From Takakia lepidozioides (taxonomy: Eukaryota; Plantae; Bryophyta), in the NCBI GenBank assembly GCA_030704615.1, contig CM060731.1, forward strand, positions 93,186,001 through 93,250,000: a stretch of 64,000 nt of DNA, in the 5' to 3' direction. The position numbers and the translations under genes are program-made. This document shows, one piece after another, positions 39,901-50,950 of the stretch (its first letter is position 1; each line of letters starts with the position of its first letter). The notes under the pieces were generated by a model, which worked only from the letters and a program-made list of their open reading frames with translations, had not been told where the DNA came from and ran no database searches.

Positions 39901-42900
39901 TTAGCCTCAGACTCCTGCTTATGCCTTTTAAGCTATCAAAGCTAACCAACTCATGATCTAGCTAGTCCAGACAGGGTTTCTCCTTCACTTACACCCCAAC
40001 TTATCAAACAAATAAGCAATCCCATGCCCACTTCACTGATTTATTTACTCCATTGGACAACAACACAATGGGTCCTGAAGAGAGCTGCAACTTGGAAGTG
40101 CTAACAACCCCATACCGCTTCATACGGCTTTTCGACAACAGGCTAACCAGCTGTAAACTAACCTCAAACAAAGACCTCCTGAGGCCAGGGTCCTCAATTG
40201 CAGGAAAGTATTGTAGGACCCGCATTGTCTTGACCTGATTATTCAGGAAACCACAGGGAATGAGCAGTGTCAAGACATTCCTTATACAATCATATCAGTG
40301 CACTCTGAACTGATGACATATTTCTTTGAATGTTTTGTAACTTGCATAATCTAGGAAAACTAAATATATATTCAAGCAAAATTTGATCCTTTAAAGATGG
40401 TTTAACCACCTTCATAAACCCATAGCATTGAAAGAAAAGTTTTTACATCCATGATAACCCAAAGGGTCTGTAGAACCACAAGAGGAAAACCCACATTATC
40501 TGAAAGAGACTTGGTCACATATTACTTTGACATCCACCTTCAGACCCTCTTTAACTGCTCAAAAGATTACCTGCAACCAAGGAGACGGGATGCCATAATA
40601 CGTGTACTCCTGGGGAATATCTTGGCTCCTAGTGAGCCGCTCCAATGTGCGAACACACTTGGGAACACAATTCCAGTAACCCTCGGGGGTGTTGGCAACA
40701 AGTGACACCAATAAACTCATGACAGCTGTCAGCACCCCAATGTCTCTTTCATCCAATAACTGAACCATGCGTTCTGACCTGTTGCCCAACCCCCTTTAAT
40801 GATATCTTTTTTTTATCTTCTCTCACTTAGCAAAGGCAATAGATGCCACCAAACCATTTTGGAGTTGTTACAAAAGAACCCACCGATGAGCCCCTTGAAA
40901 CGTTGCATTTGGGATCCTAATCAGGAGGAGCAAACAGGAGCAAATGGAAAGTAAGAGCAAAGTGAAGAGACAACTCTTTGGCAGCATACTGGCAACTTTG
41001 GTAGTAGAACAGCGAAAAGGTGCCAAGCATATAGGTAAATGCAATCCAAATAGGCCCAGAAAGCCCCAGAAGGGCAACTCCAAAGCGAACAAATATAAGT
41101 GCAATTTGCAGACAACACTGCTAACTGACTGGCCCAAACTCAAAACACCTGTCTATCCTGCCCTTCTTCCAGCCCACAATAGTGAGGGTAAAAATGTCAC
41201 AAGCTCAAGGTGTCTCACCAGCCATCGATGTTGACCACGTCAGGATTCTTGCGATAAAGTCGAAGCAAGCATAGCGCTGCCTTCTTGCGAACAATTGGTC
41301 TGCAACTACTTGACAGCTGCCCCATCACCAGTCCTGAAACCCAGTCAAATCTCATCCTTTCCCAAACCCCTGCATTTCTAAACCTCTGTACCCCTCCTCC
41401 CTCCCTGCCAAACCCTTCTCCCTCTCCCACCTTACAGCATCTTGGTAAAGAACCACCCCCCAATCAGGGGTAGCACTTGTAAAACACAAAATCCATCTCC
41501 CACAGCTGCTAATGACAACATAGAACCACAACCTAATTAGACATACGGCAGCCTGAAACAAAATCCCACCCCAAACTTCAGTACACCTCAAGTTTACTGA
41601 CCCTTACCAGCAATTTTTGCACATCTGGAGCCAAAGACTCAGAAAACTCCCTACCGCCAACATTTCCCACCTAGCCACCCAAACAACCCCCCTCTTTAGA
41701 GAAAGCCAAGTAAGCAACACCTTACAAACATGTCTGAAACCAGGAGACGGAGACTACCAGAAGCTATCTGTGTTCTTGAGCTGTGTACAGTCAACAATTG
41801 TGTCAGCCCGAACACACTTCTGGCTGAAGTGCAAAGGACTAAGTTGCATGGATACAAGGGACAAACAGCAGCTGGCTAGCTGCCACCCTATATCTCTTGC
41901 ACGAACCATCAGTGGGAGTGGCGCCACTTTTCACCTATTTCCCCTTCCTTTTATTGCAAACCTGGTAGTTATTAGGGACTGAACTGGCAAGATGGATAGC
42001 TCTACAACCCACCCTACGCTAATCTCTCTGGTCCCTCAAAGCTTTCAAATAAGACAAGGACAGGGGCAGCTGCTAAAATACAAGAACCCACTTAGCCCCA
42101 GACACTGTTTTTCTAACCAACAATCGTACTTGCAATCACCTGTGTCCTACTGGCACTGGCAAGATGGACACGATGGTCAATAGTTGCTAGAGAGATGCAT
42201 GGACGCTTCAATGATCAACGAGACCCACGAGCTCCAGATTGGTCGAAGGGTCTAGCCACTAGGGAGGGGTGGTTTTGATGGCATGTCACTAAGACTCTTG
42301 GGAGTTCATAACCAGGGGCCAGACAATGTGAGGCCCTTCCAATGTACCAAGGTGCACAAGTGGATCGCATCACAGAACCCCATTGATCGAATTATACAAG
42401 ATTTTCAGTTTATCCTTAGATTAGCTTCTGCACCAGGTGCATTATTCCGTCCCAAGTTCCTCGTAGGTGTAGTGCCCCCAGTACCTAAAGCTCTTTTCCA
42501 GCTTACTCATACTAATTATGCACTTTCTGTTCTTTCACTGGAAATCTTAGCTTCAGAAGCTTGTAGGCTGCTGTTAGTACAGCAAAGTTTGATATTATCT
42601 CCATCGAGTTCTCATACTTCTTGTTAGGTCATAACAGTGGTTAATATCAGCGGCAAGCATGAGGACCTCATACAGGTCTGATGTCCATCCAAAGTGAGTC
42701 GACATCTAAACAACAATCTGGTCACTAGCCGACATCCTTATAGAAAACTTTGAAAATATCATCCAGAACACCAAATCATTTGAAGGAAGAAGAACAAGAA
42801 AGAGGGGCAGGACTATACCATAGTTAAAGCGAGACATTGAAACGTCTCATTGTTGCCAATAATGTCATTGCGAACAGTGTTGATGACCAATCTCAAAAAG

Positions 42901-44441
42901 TCATGGTTCTCATTGAGCAGGCAAGATGTCACAATGTAGCCCACCTATTCACAAAGCCCCTGCATGTCTTAAACCCAATCTCCTCCCATTGCTGCTTTTC
43001 TGATTTCTGTTGTTCAAATAACAGCGACCATTTTTCCTCTCCCTAAATCTCCAACTTCATCCTCATCCAAGATGTATGGTTTGCACATACCTGGAGGCAA
43101 GTTCCTGTATTTCCGTTTTCCTACTGGCAACTGGAAACTAGACCGCTAGTCATGCAAATATAGGGGGTGGCAACAAACACACTGTCATGACAGGCAGTAA
43201 GAAAGAACAAACCCAGAGAATCAGGGCACAGGTATATATACCTGCTTCTCTGCATACTTGGGAGCAGAAATGAGGGCCACAGTCTCCATGTGCCCAAAGT
43301 CAACATCATATCCAAGCATGTAAATGTACAACATCTTCCACACATACTTCTTCTTCTCATATGGTGTGAGGCCCTGCAATGCATGAGTCCACACCCAATG
43401 AAACCTAATGAGATGGATTTAGGTTTCTCAGTCATTCCCATCCTTTTGTCTGCTGCTGCAGTGATTTAGGTCCATCTCCAGCTGCAGGAATTCAGTATTC
43501 CACAATGGCGGGGGCTCCCATTCTGTTCTTCTCTTGCTGTCTTCCTCCGATTCTGCTGTGGCCCAACAGAGGTGGGATATTGGTCTATAAAACAAAAAAA
43601 TCTTTCTTTCCCATTATCATCATAATTTGTAAGTTTCATCTGTTGGCAAGGTTCTGTAAACACGTCTAGTTTTTTCTGTATCCACGCTGTTTGTTTTATC
43701 ACACCGTCACTTGTCCTGATATCCCCAATATGCACACCGTAATTGTTTTGACCAAACCAGATGCCTCTTGCAAATCTTTACTCTCAACCATGTCTCTCTT
43801 TCTCGCCCCACCATGAGGGAATGGGATGGAAACAAGGGAGAAGATAGCAGGCACAGATATAAGGAGAGTGGACAGATGAGGCTGACGGTGTGCCACATGT
43901 TCCTGCTCAAAATGACACAGACAGTCGTCATTGACAACTGAATCTGAGCTCCAAATAGGCTCCGAACTTGAATACAGAGGTATACTGCCCTATCTCTCCA
44001 CGCCTATTCTTGCCCCAACCAGACCTATAACTTACCCTGCTCAGACACTTGAACACCAATGCAGGTAATGTAGTGTCCGATGGTGATGACATCAGCTCAT
44101 CACTCTCTGCAATCGTCCAGATCATCACTATGTGATCAAATCAAAGACAACGAAATGTGGGACGTTGTCCCCCATTTCATTCAACACTGAGCTAGGGCGT
44201 GCACTTTGAAAATGGACGCTGCAAGTTTCCCGATGCTCCACAGACCACCACACCGCCCCCTCTCTACCTCAGCCCCGATAGAAACGTCCATTGCAGCACT
44301 CATACATACCCTCTCATTCTTAAAGCGGGTGCGAATGTTGGCCAACTCCTTATCGACCCGGAGTCGCTCCTGCTCCTTGTTTTGGCAATTCCTCACATCG
44401 CTGATGAAGACAGACAGGCCCCTCATCCCTGACAGTGCCAT
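15905..44441 (-). CDS. AP2A: AP-2 complex subunit alpha (alpha-adaptin), 27 exons, about 1023 aa
   Basis: Starts [37 protein letters not shown] and ends LKEFIKEQL...AVLAGLI*. GT-AG exons with consistent phases: 44310-44441, 43242-43373, 42819-42944, 41608-41670, 41219-41316, 40571-40778, 40163-40234, 39685-39777, 39256-39357, 38920-39017, 35273-35354, 34874-34962, 34502-34607, 34063-34128, 25746-25852, 25239-25343, 25002-25122, 24673-24852, 23755-24024, 23172-23252, 22899-23063, 18326-18412, 17576-17701, 17215-17295, 16864-16935, 16232-16311, 15905-16034 (3072 nt total). Hinge-exon boundaries (24673, 24024) are less certain. Confidence 0.96.
18520..21020 (+). mobile_element. Cluster of old, rearranged LINE fragments (same family as the younger copies) in AP2A intron 21
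   Basis: 3'-end signature GGCCACAAGGCTACGGCAA...ATGAGTACA near 18555-18590, 18630-18667 and 20980-21020; degenerate APE (18680-19060), FADD-type RT (19190, 19720) and CPMC..ED..HFL..C remnants. Confidence 0.85.
22462..22530 (+). mobile_element. Short LINE 3'-end fragment
   Basis: TTGTTCCACCCAAACTGGGC...GGCCACAAGGCTACGCCAAACGTCTCATGAGTACAT followed by TCTCTCT. Confidence 0.8.
25870..26760 (+). mobile_element. Degenerate fragment of a different non-LTR element (post-RT region)
   Basis: Translation LLLTAVSSG...[34 protein letters not shown] resembles LINE post-RT segments. Boundaries are approximate. Confidence 0.45.
26262..26546. mobile_element. hAT-type MITE (285 bp)
   Basis: TIRs CAGTGTCTTTTT / AAAAAAACACTG with 8-bp TSD CTCACAAC (26254-26261 and 26547-26554). 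Confidence 0.9.
26843..28920 (+). mobile_element. 5'-truncated LINE copy A (RT plus C-terminal CCHC), disrupted
   Basis: [25 protein letters not shown] and [17 protein letters not shown] motifs; flanked by TCTATCTTCTT (26829 and 28921). Confidence 0.95.
28932..33617 (+). mobile_element. Near full-length LINE copy B (N-terminal repeats, APE endonuclease, RT, CCHC); RTE/RTEX-like by motif (tentative)
   Basis: APE motifs ATFNFSG, QETW, LGDFNAR, IVDYI, SDHFLV; RT YRGITLL, QAGFR, FADD; CCHC; a few frameshifts; stop at 33611; TSD-like TCTATCTTCTT(CT) at 28921 and 33618. Confidence 0.95.
29557..29960 (+). repeat. Three ~141-nt tandem repeats in the LINE 5' coding region
   Basis: CTAAGTGT/CTATGTGT at 29561, 29701 and 29842; each encodes [15 protein letters not shown]. 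Confidence 0.9.
33649..34001. mobile_element. hAT-type MITE (353 bp)
   Basis: TIRs CAGTGTTGAGCGG / CCGCCGAACACTG, 8-bp TSD GTCTGAAC (33641-33648 and 34002-34009), internal CCGG/GGATA repeats. Confidence 0.92.
35577..38541 (+). mobile_element. 5'-truncated LINE copy C, nearly identical to copy B
   Basis: Matches 30635-33617; TSD CTCTCTTCCTCTCT (35558-35571 and 38543-38556); lies in AP2A intron 10. Confidence 0.96.
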
Positions 44442-45039
44442 CACCCCCTCCCTTCCCAAATGTGCCCGGATATATTGGCCCTGCGGCCTTTCGCCCCAAG
44501 TGAGCTCGCACGGCCCTAATGCCAGCGTGTCTAGTCCTTGTTTTGACAAAACTCTCACACTGCTCCCCTCAGACACTGGTTTCTCGTATTTTCGATACTT
44601 ACTGCTCCACTCGCACCAGGGGTATAAGGGTTAGCACTTGTCACCTTTACCCCTCCCTTAGCCGTGGGTCAAAAGTATTATCCAACACCTATTCTAGTTA
44701 ACCCAATACCTATTCGGGGTTCACACCAGGGTAGTAAATGGTACAGGTAAAGAATTTCCAAAAAACTCCTTTGTATTTTGAGTGGGCTTATTTCGTGGAA
44801 TATAGTGCCACTTTCCTAGAGTGGTTGAGTGTAAGAGCGTCTCCACGATGCCACGGCGCTTGCCCCAAAACAGGCGCGGGATCCAAAAAAGTAGCGCAGC
44901 TTGCTCCACGGCTCAGCCTGGTAGATTTGCTGCCGGCCCCACCTGAAATCTGTCCCGTCGGGCACTTTTGCCAATCATACCGGTTACCCCGCCAACCACG
45001 GTACATTAGATTTGTGAGTTATTTATGAGTTGATGAGAT

Positions 45040-48000
45040 ATTGCAATCTGGTTTTTTATATGCAAAAGAGGCTGGATCTCGGTTGTTCAAGCTGCTTGTA
45101 TGTACAAGTCTTGCAATTTGACAGGCTGAATTCACATTCCCTTGACACCTTGTATGATCACATGTCTCGGGGTGAATACAAATGATATGGAATTTATTTC
45201 ATCTTGCCCAAGTAGGACTGCTTGGTGGCATATTGCGATTCTGACAAATTGCAGGCTGGTCCTTATGCCTTGGCTGATGCTAGATCTGCCATAATTAATG
45301 GCTAAAAAGGTAAGTTGCTGCAACCCGTGGGTCATGTCCAAGATACATGTGTGAAAACGTGTCTTGAAATGGTAATAGGGCAGGCTAGACCATGGTACCT
45401 TGCCCTTTGCATGACCTTAGCATTTTTGTGCTCCTTCAATACATGACCTGCTGGTAAGGTATGTGTACAGGCTGAACCAAGAGGCCTTGCAGCCTGCACA
45501 GGGGCAACAATATCTTATCTTGTCCCACACAAGAACAAACCCCGCCCTCCCACCCTGTTTTGTCTTGGATGATTGGGTGGTGTCATGTGGGATGATTTGA
45601 CAAGACTGGAAGTGTGAGATAGTGCCCTATCTAGGGCTGTTTATGTCTTTAATTGACAATGACCCTTATGGGTCTTGTCCATGTCTTGACATGACGTGAA
45701 TATCTTCCCTCTCTCTTTTTAACTTTTTCTGCAGAGGGGTCAACTCTGAAGTTAAGAAAACCATGTTTTGTCGCATTATTAGACCTGCCTTGGAGTACGG
45801 ATCTGCAATATGGGTTGATAAATCTGACTTAGAGGCTGTAGTGTCCAAAGCCATGTCTGTTGCCATGAGATTGTCTGATGAAAATGAAGTTAGGCAGAAA
45901 ACTTCCCTGAACTTGTTTCCAGACAGTGACATGGGGGAGGACATCTTGGATGACCTCAAGGGTCTACCCACTCTCGGCAGTAGACTGAAATTTAAACTCA
46001 GGGCAGGAAGCCTACCTTTGAACAGCAAACAGAAGCAGAGAGGAAAGGGAGAGTGCAATTGCCCGTTGTGTGGGCAATTTGAAGACAATATTCATTTTCC
46101 GATACACTGTCCGGGGTTTTCTCACCAAAGAGACGCTCTCTTCAAATCTATCAAGGGAATTGTGCATGTACCTTTGTTTACCAACTTTGAAAGCCTGAGC
46201 CAAAAGCCCAGGCCCTCCTGAGGCCTAGTTTTTGGGCAAATCACACACAGCAGATTGATGCTTGTGTGAAGGGATATCTGGAAAACCCATATTCATTCTA
46301 TATATGAAGATAAGTCTTACTACCAACGTCAGCCCTTGACAGAGGTAGGTTCTGTCCCTTTTGTTTCCGCTCAAACTGGGCGCGGGGTCAATGGCCACAA
46401 GGCTATAGCAAACAACGTCTTATGAGTACAATCTTTTTAACTTTTTCTGCACCCTCTCTCCCTTGTGGTTTGTTTATTTTTGTGAGCAGCGAAAAAAAAA
46501 GGGAAGATACTTTTTGTCATGTCAAGACAAAGACAGGACCCCTAGGGTCGTTGTCATGAAAGAATAATCAGACATATCAGCCACTTAACAGTGGCGCCAT
46601 CCATCAATCATCAAGCTTAGAAAATCCAGAATTACATCCATGCACAGTAATGTGTTCATGTCAGTATTATTCATAACCCAAAGAGTATGTCACTGATGCT
46701 GATTGACCACCAGTCATGATCATGATACACATTCAGAGGTCTGGGTGGGATGGCGGGTACTTGGCCATAATTTGGCCTTGATGTGTTGCAGGTCAAATGG
46801 TCATATAGATTTACTTTCCGCAAGCTGTAATCCAAGCATACTTATTCAAACCCCATGGGTGTCATGGAGGGTTTTTTTTAAGAAAGCAAAGAAAACAAAA
46901 AGAACACTTGGACATCACAGATTTTAAATACCTTGCCCTACCAGTATTTGCTTAGACTGGTCTGCAGCACAGCTTGCCCCCAAAGGGGAGGTGGATATGT
47001 CTGGTAAGTTTTCCAGAATACCGCTATACCTTTATTTTTTGCTACAGCTGAAAATCAAAGTTCATGACACAGCAAGGTAAAGATAAAGGACTACATACAC
47101 ATCATGTGACAGTATATGATACTGTCAGTACACCCTATTCACATCATTCCACATTTGACCATGTCATTACACCATGTCCAGGGGGTATTTCCACTTGACC
47201 ACCCTGGCTGCCTCAAAAACCAGTTACCATTTATATTGCTGCGATATTTCACTGTTAGCCGAATAGCCACAGGCAGAAACTTCACCATACCCTGGCCTAA
47301 GCATCTAGCTAACAAAGCCATCCGGGTTGGAACATAACAGGGGCATTTTACCAACAGGGGTACCCGAGTAGCTGCAGCAAACAGCTCCTTGCAGCCTCTC
47401 AATTTGTTTCCAACTACCATAAGGTAAGCAAAGCAAACTAGGGCCTGGAAAACAGATGTGTGTCTCTCACACAAGCCATCATAAACCCGGCTGTCGCAAC
47501 AAAGCAGAGGTTTTCCACTGGCTGGGCCGAAATAGCCCATCGTAGAAAGCATTACACTTGTTCTTCAAAAAATCAAGGAAGGAAAGAGGTAGGATCAAGA
47601 AAAACCATAGAGTAGTTTAGTTTTTCAACATTTTAAGATGAGTCCCTGGCAGGCGATTCCTTCCCCTGCTCTGCAATCCCACTTGGCATCCAGCAGCACC
47701 TAGACATCAGAATATTAAGTGGAAGCCCTCACTTGTGCCCATCCCAAAAACAACCACAACGCATTTGTGAGTTAGTGAGGATGCACGAGGTGAGCAACAG
47801 GCTTCCACACTTGCTATCGAGGTCAAATACACTTCAATCTAAGCTCAAAGAATGCCAAAGAAAGCAGTGAAGCAAGACAAACAAAAACAGAACCTTTTTT
47901 ACTGTTTGGGGGAGAGTCGCCATCTCTCCACAAGCCTAACCGTGTAGGGAGGTCTCCGCTAGCACCACAACACTGCTACCTTAACCAAAGCAAAGTCTTG

Positions 48001-48960
48001 CCAAGCACAAGAAAAAAGAGCTTGGTCTCAAAAGGTAGGGTTTATAAAAGGAGGGAGAGAGACTTCCTTGTTCTACCAAGACGCCGCCATTCATCAAAGA
48101 TCCAGAGGAGGGCTCCTAGGAAACTTCATAAGCAGGCAGGTGGTACCTCCGCCACTGTCGTGGTTCCCTTGTGCAGCAAAAAACAGACAAATGAGACAGT
48201 GAATCTTCCATCTCTAAGCCACCGCCATCGCCTTAAAGAGCCCGCATAGGCGGCGCTCACAAGAGCCATAAACACTCGAGGATTGGCAACTCATGGTATC
48301 TGCAGCACGAGCACCATCGCTCCTCCCAAGCCGCCATCGCGCGCGCTCTCGCAGCGCAAAAAGAAAGACATTAGGGTTGCGCAGGGTTTTCCCCTATCTG
48401 GCCCGTCATTCATCCTTCTCAGGATGAAATACATCCGCCAGCCTGTACGCCCGATGGACGTTGTCCGTTTCTCACTCGCGGAAGATGAAAGACATCATAC
48501 GTTCATCCTGTCTTGAACTCGACGGATGCAGTCCGCTTTTCATCTAGGTTAGATGAAAAACATCGAGGGGGTTTTTTTTTTTTAATTTTTTTATACCTGT
48601 CTTGCCCCGTATTTAGGTCCTGTCAGATGAAGTCTTTTTTTTATCCAGGTTGGATTGAAAAAACTGAAGGGAGTTTTGCAATCAGTATATTCCGGGTTGA
48701 TGTTCGGATGAAGCAAAAAACCTCACAGGTATTTAGTGAAGAAATGTTTCACTAGGGAAAAAAAATGTATTTTGGATGAAAAACATCCAAAATTCCATGC
48801 AACCCAATTTTTCAATTTTTTCAATTTTTTCAAAGATGGAAGTCGGGACAACAATTCCATAAACCCAGTTTCCAAAGGGAGAGAGAGGGAGAGAGAGGGA
48901 ATCCCACCATCCAACCCCTGGTATGGCAGGCCCTTTACGGAGTGAGTGTGGTATGCACTC
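45040..48960. repeat. Unclassified repeat family, two diverged copies tail-to-tail (plus 45040-46500, minus 46500-48960)
   Basis: 45540-45720 matches 53575-53770; 46500-46560 is a reverse copy of the same end; CATCC/GGATG-rich block at 48400-48840. Confidence 0.6.
45734..46431 (+). mobile_element. 5'-truncated, internally deleted LINE copy D
   Basis: TSD TCTTTTTAACTTTTTCTGCA (45714-45733 and 46432-46451); internal deletion at a GATAA microhomology (about 45800); the paralogous empty site is at about 53760. Confidence 0.93.
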
Positions 48961-49279
48961 ACCCCGTAAGGGAGTGCATACCAGACTCCTCTCCAAAAGG
49001 GTACTCTCTCCCTGCTCCTAGGCCAATCCTTCGGAAGATGTCCCGTAAAGGATTACCAGGCTACCCTTAGTCAAGCTGGGTGTTCGAAACAAGTATATAA
49101 ATTGAGCATAGACCCCGATGTATTGAGCATAGACCCCGAAATAAACTAATTTATTCAAGGTGTTACAGGTGTAAGAAACTAGCTGCTTTATGCATGGTTT
49201 TCTTTCTTTTTGTTCCATCACTATTCAACAAATCTGCATACATAAGGGAAATGACATACCATTTTTAGGTTGTCAATGA

Positions 49280-50830
49280 TCATTCCCAGGCATCAAAGTG
49301 AGCAGGAATTGGATCCAGAGCCTCCATTGGATGTTCTGGTTGCGGACTTAGCATTCTCAGAGTTGGAGAAAGATTGTTGTGTCTACCCAAACCTGCCACC
49401 TCTTTGGTAGCCCCCACGTCCTCTGAAATTAGCACCCCTGCCCCGGTTGGGTCTCCCTGTTTGCTGGAAAGTGTTCCCTTCAATGCGTTGCCGTTTATAG
49501 CTATTAAACGCAGGTTTGGGGAGGTTGTCGGAGAAGGATCCAGGTTTGATCAATCTCTCAATGAATCTGGCCCCTTTGGAGTCCGGTAGCCTATCAAGCA
49601 ACTTTGCCTTGGAATTATTGGCAAAAGTTTTTGCTGCTTCCAATATGAGCTCTCGGATCATTTGGAATGTTATATGAGCCAATATTGAAGATCTGCAGCC
49701 CTCATCAGCCATACAATGAAGCTATAGTACTTGCTTTGTGCGAAGGGAATGTTGCATCAGGAAAAAATGCCCCAAGATGGTTAATCATGTACCAGACCAA
49801 ATGATCGAACCAAGCCACACTTCCAACACATCCAGACGGAGCTGCACCAGGTCCACAATTACATCTTAGGTATGGCCTGTGCCAATTCCAGAGTTGGCTT
49901 TTGTGATTCCGGGAACGGACAGATCCAGTAGGGGGATCATTTTTGGTCCGAAGAGTGATATTGTCCCCTTTGTCACATAGCTTATAATAAAATGTTTTAA
50001 AGGGCCATGCAACTGCGATGGGCTCCTTTTTGAATCTCTGGAAACCATCTATAGCATCCTGATAACAACGTAGGTGTTCAGCATCAATGATGTTACCCCA
50101 CTTCATCCACATCTCGATGGAGATGGGTGCTAAGAGGTTGATGTTGGCTTGCAGGTGCCACATCATGTGCTCGTTGTTGGCCACGTCGAGCTCAACGGAG
50201 CGAGGGGGCATCCAAGGGACAAATTGCTGATTTCCCGGGGTAGCGCCTACTGCCCTGTCTTGTTCCACCTGTGACATTTCCACATGCTCACAGAAATCCT
50301 TCACCGCATCAATTCATGTTCGGGGAGACACATGTGACTTAAAAGCGGGTGATTGGTGACGGAGGGGGTAAAATCCTGCTCAACATTGGAGGACGATTTC
50401 TGGGTGGAAGGGGCCTGTTCGTCTTCAGGGTTAGCCACACGTAGTGCAGCCTCAATCTTTTCTCCTTTAAGACCACACTCCGTGAGTTCTTTGGTATCCT
50501 CTTCAAGGATAGTAGGCATACGTTCATGATAATCAATCAGCCTGATCATGTACTTGCCATTTTTATTTGCAGATAGGGACAACTTAACCCAGTCCTCTAG
50601 GGCCAAAGTCTCAAGCAACAGGATTGGATTGTCATCACCTGAATCAATAGCTGCTTAGTCCAATGCTTGCACTTTAGCATGGAAATCTGTTGGCTTTGTT
50701 TGTGCCAAAACAGCCTAAATAGCAGGGATTGGAGGGGGCAGCGGTGGCTGATATCCCATGGCCTGCAGCTCAGCAATCCATTCCGGAGGAGGACATACCT
50801 TATGAATGTCATTGCTCCATATCTTTGTCA
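49280..50830 (-). pseudogene. Orphan intronless coding region with frameshifts and an RGG-rich C-terminal part
   Basis: Chained overlapping ORFs 50597-50812, 50301-50618, 49705-50304, 49383-49712 and 49280-49483 on one strand; RGRGANFRGRGGYQRGG. Confidence 0.5.
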
Positions 50831-50950
50831 TGGAGGGACCTTATGTCAGGCCAGAAAAAAACCATGTTAGTATATCAACATGATGAAGAAATAACCAGAA
50901 ATGAAAGTGGTAGACGGTGTGTACAAGAACCAAAGTACACTGGAAAAGGA

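Noticed and set aside
41950-42780. Possible decayed retroelement in AP2A intron 3
   Set aside because: No convincing motif could be read by eye.
48944-49020. Helitron 3' end (hairpin plus CTAG)
   Set aside because: CTAG is about 30 nt from the stem and is not followed by T; no Rep/helicase sequence is present.
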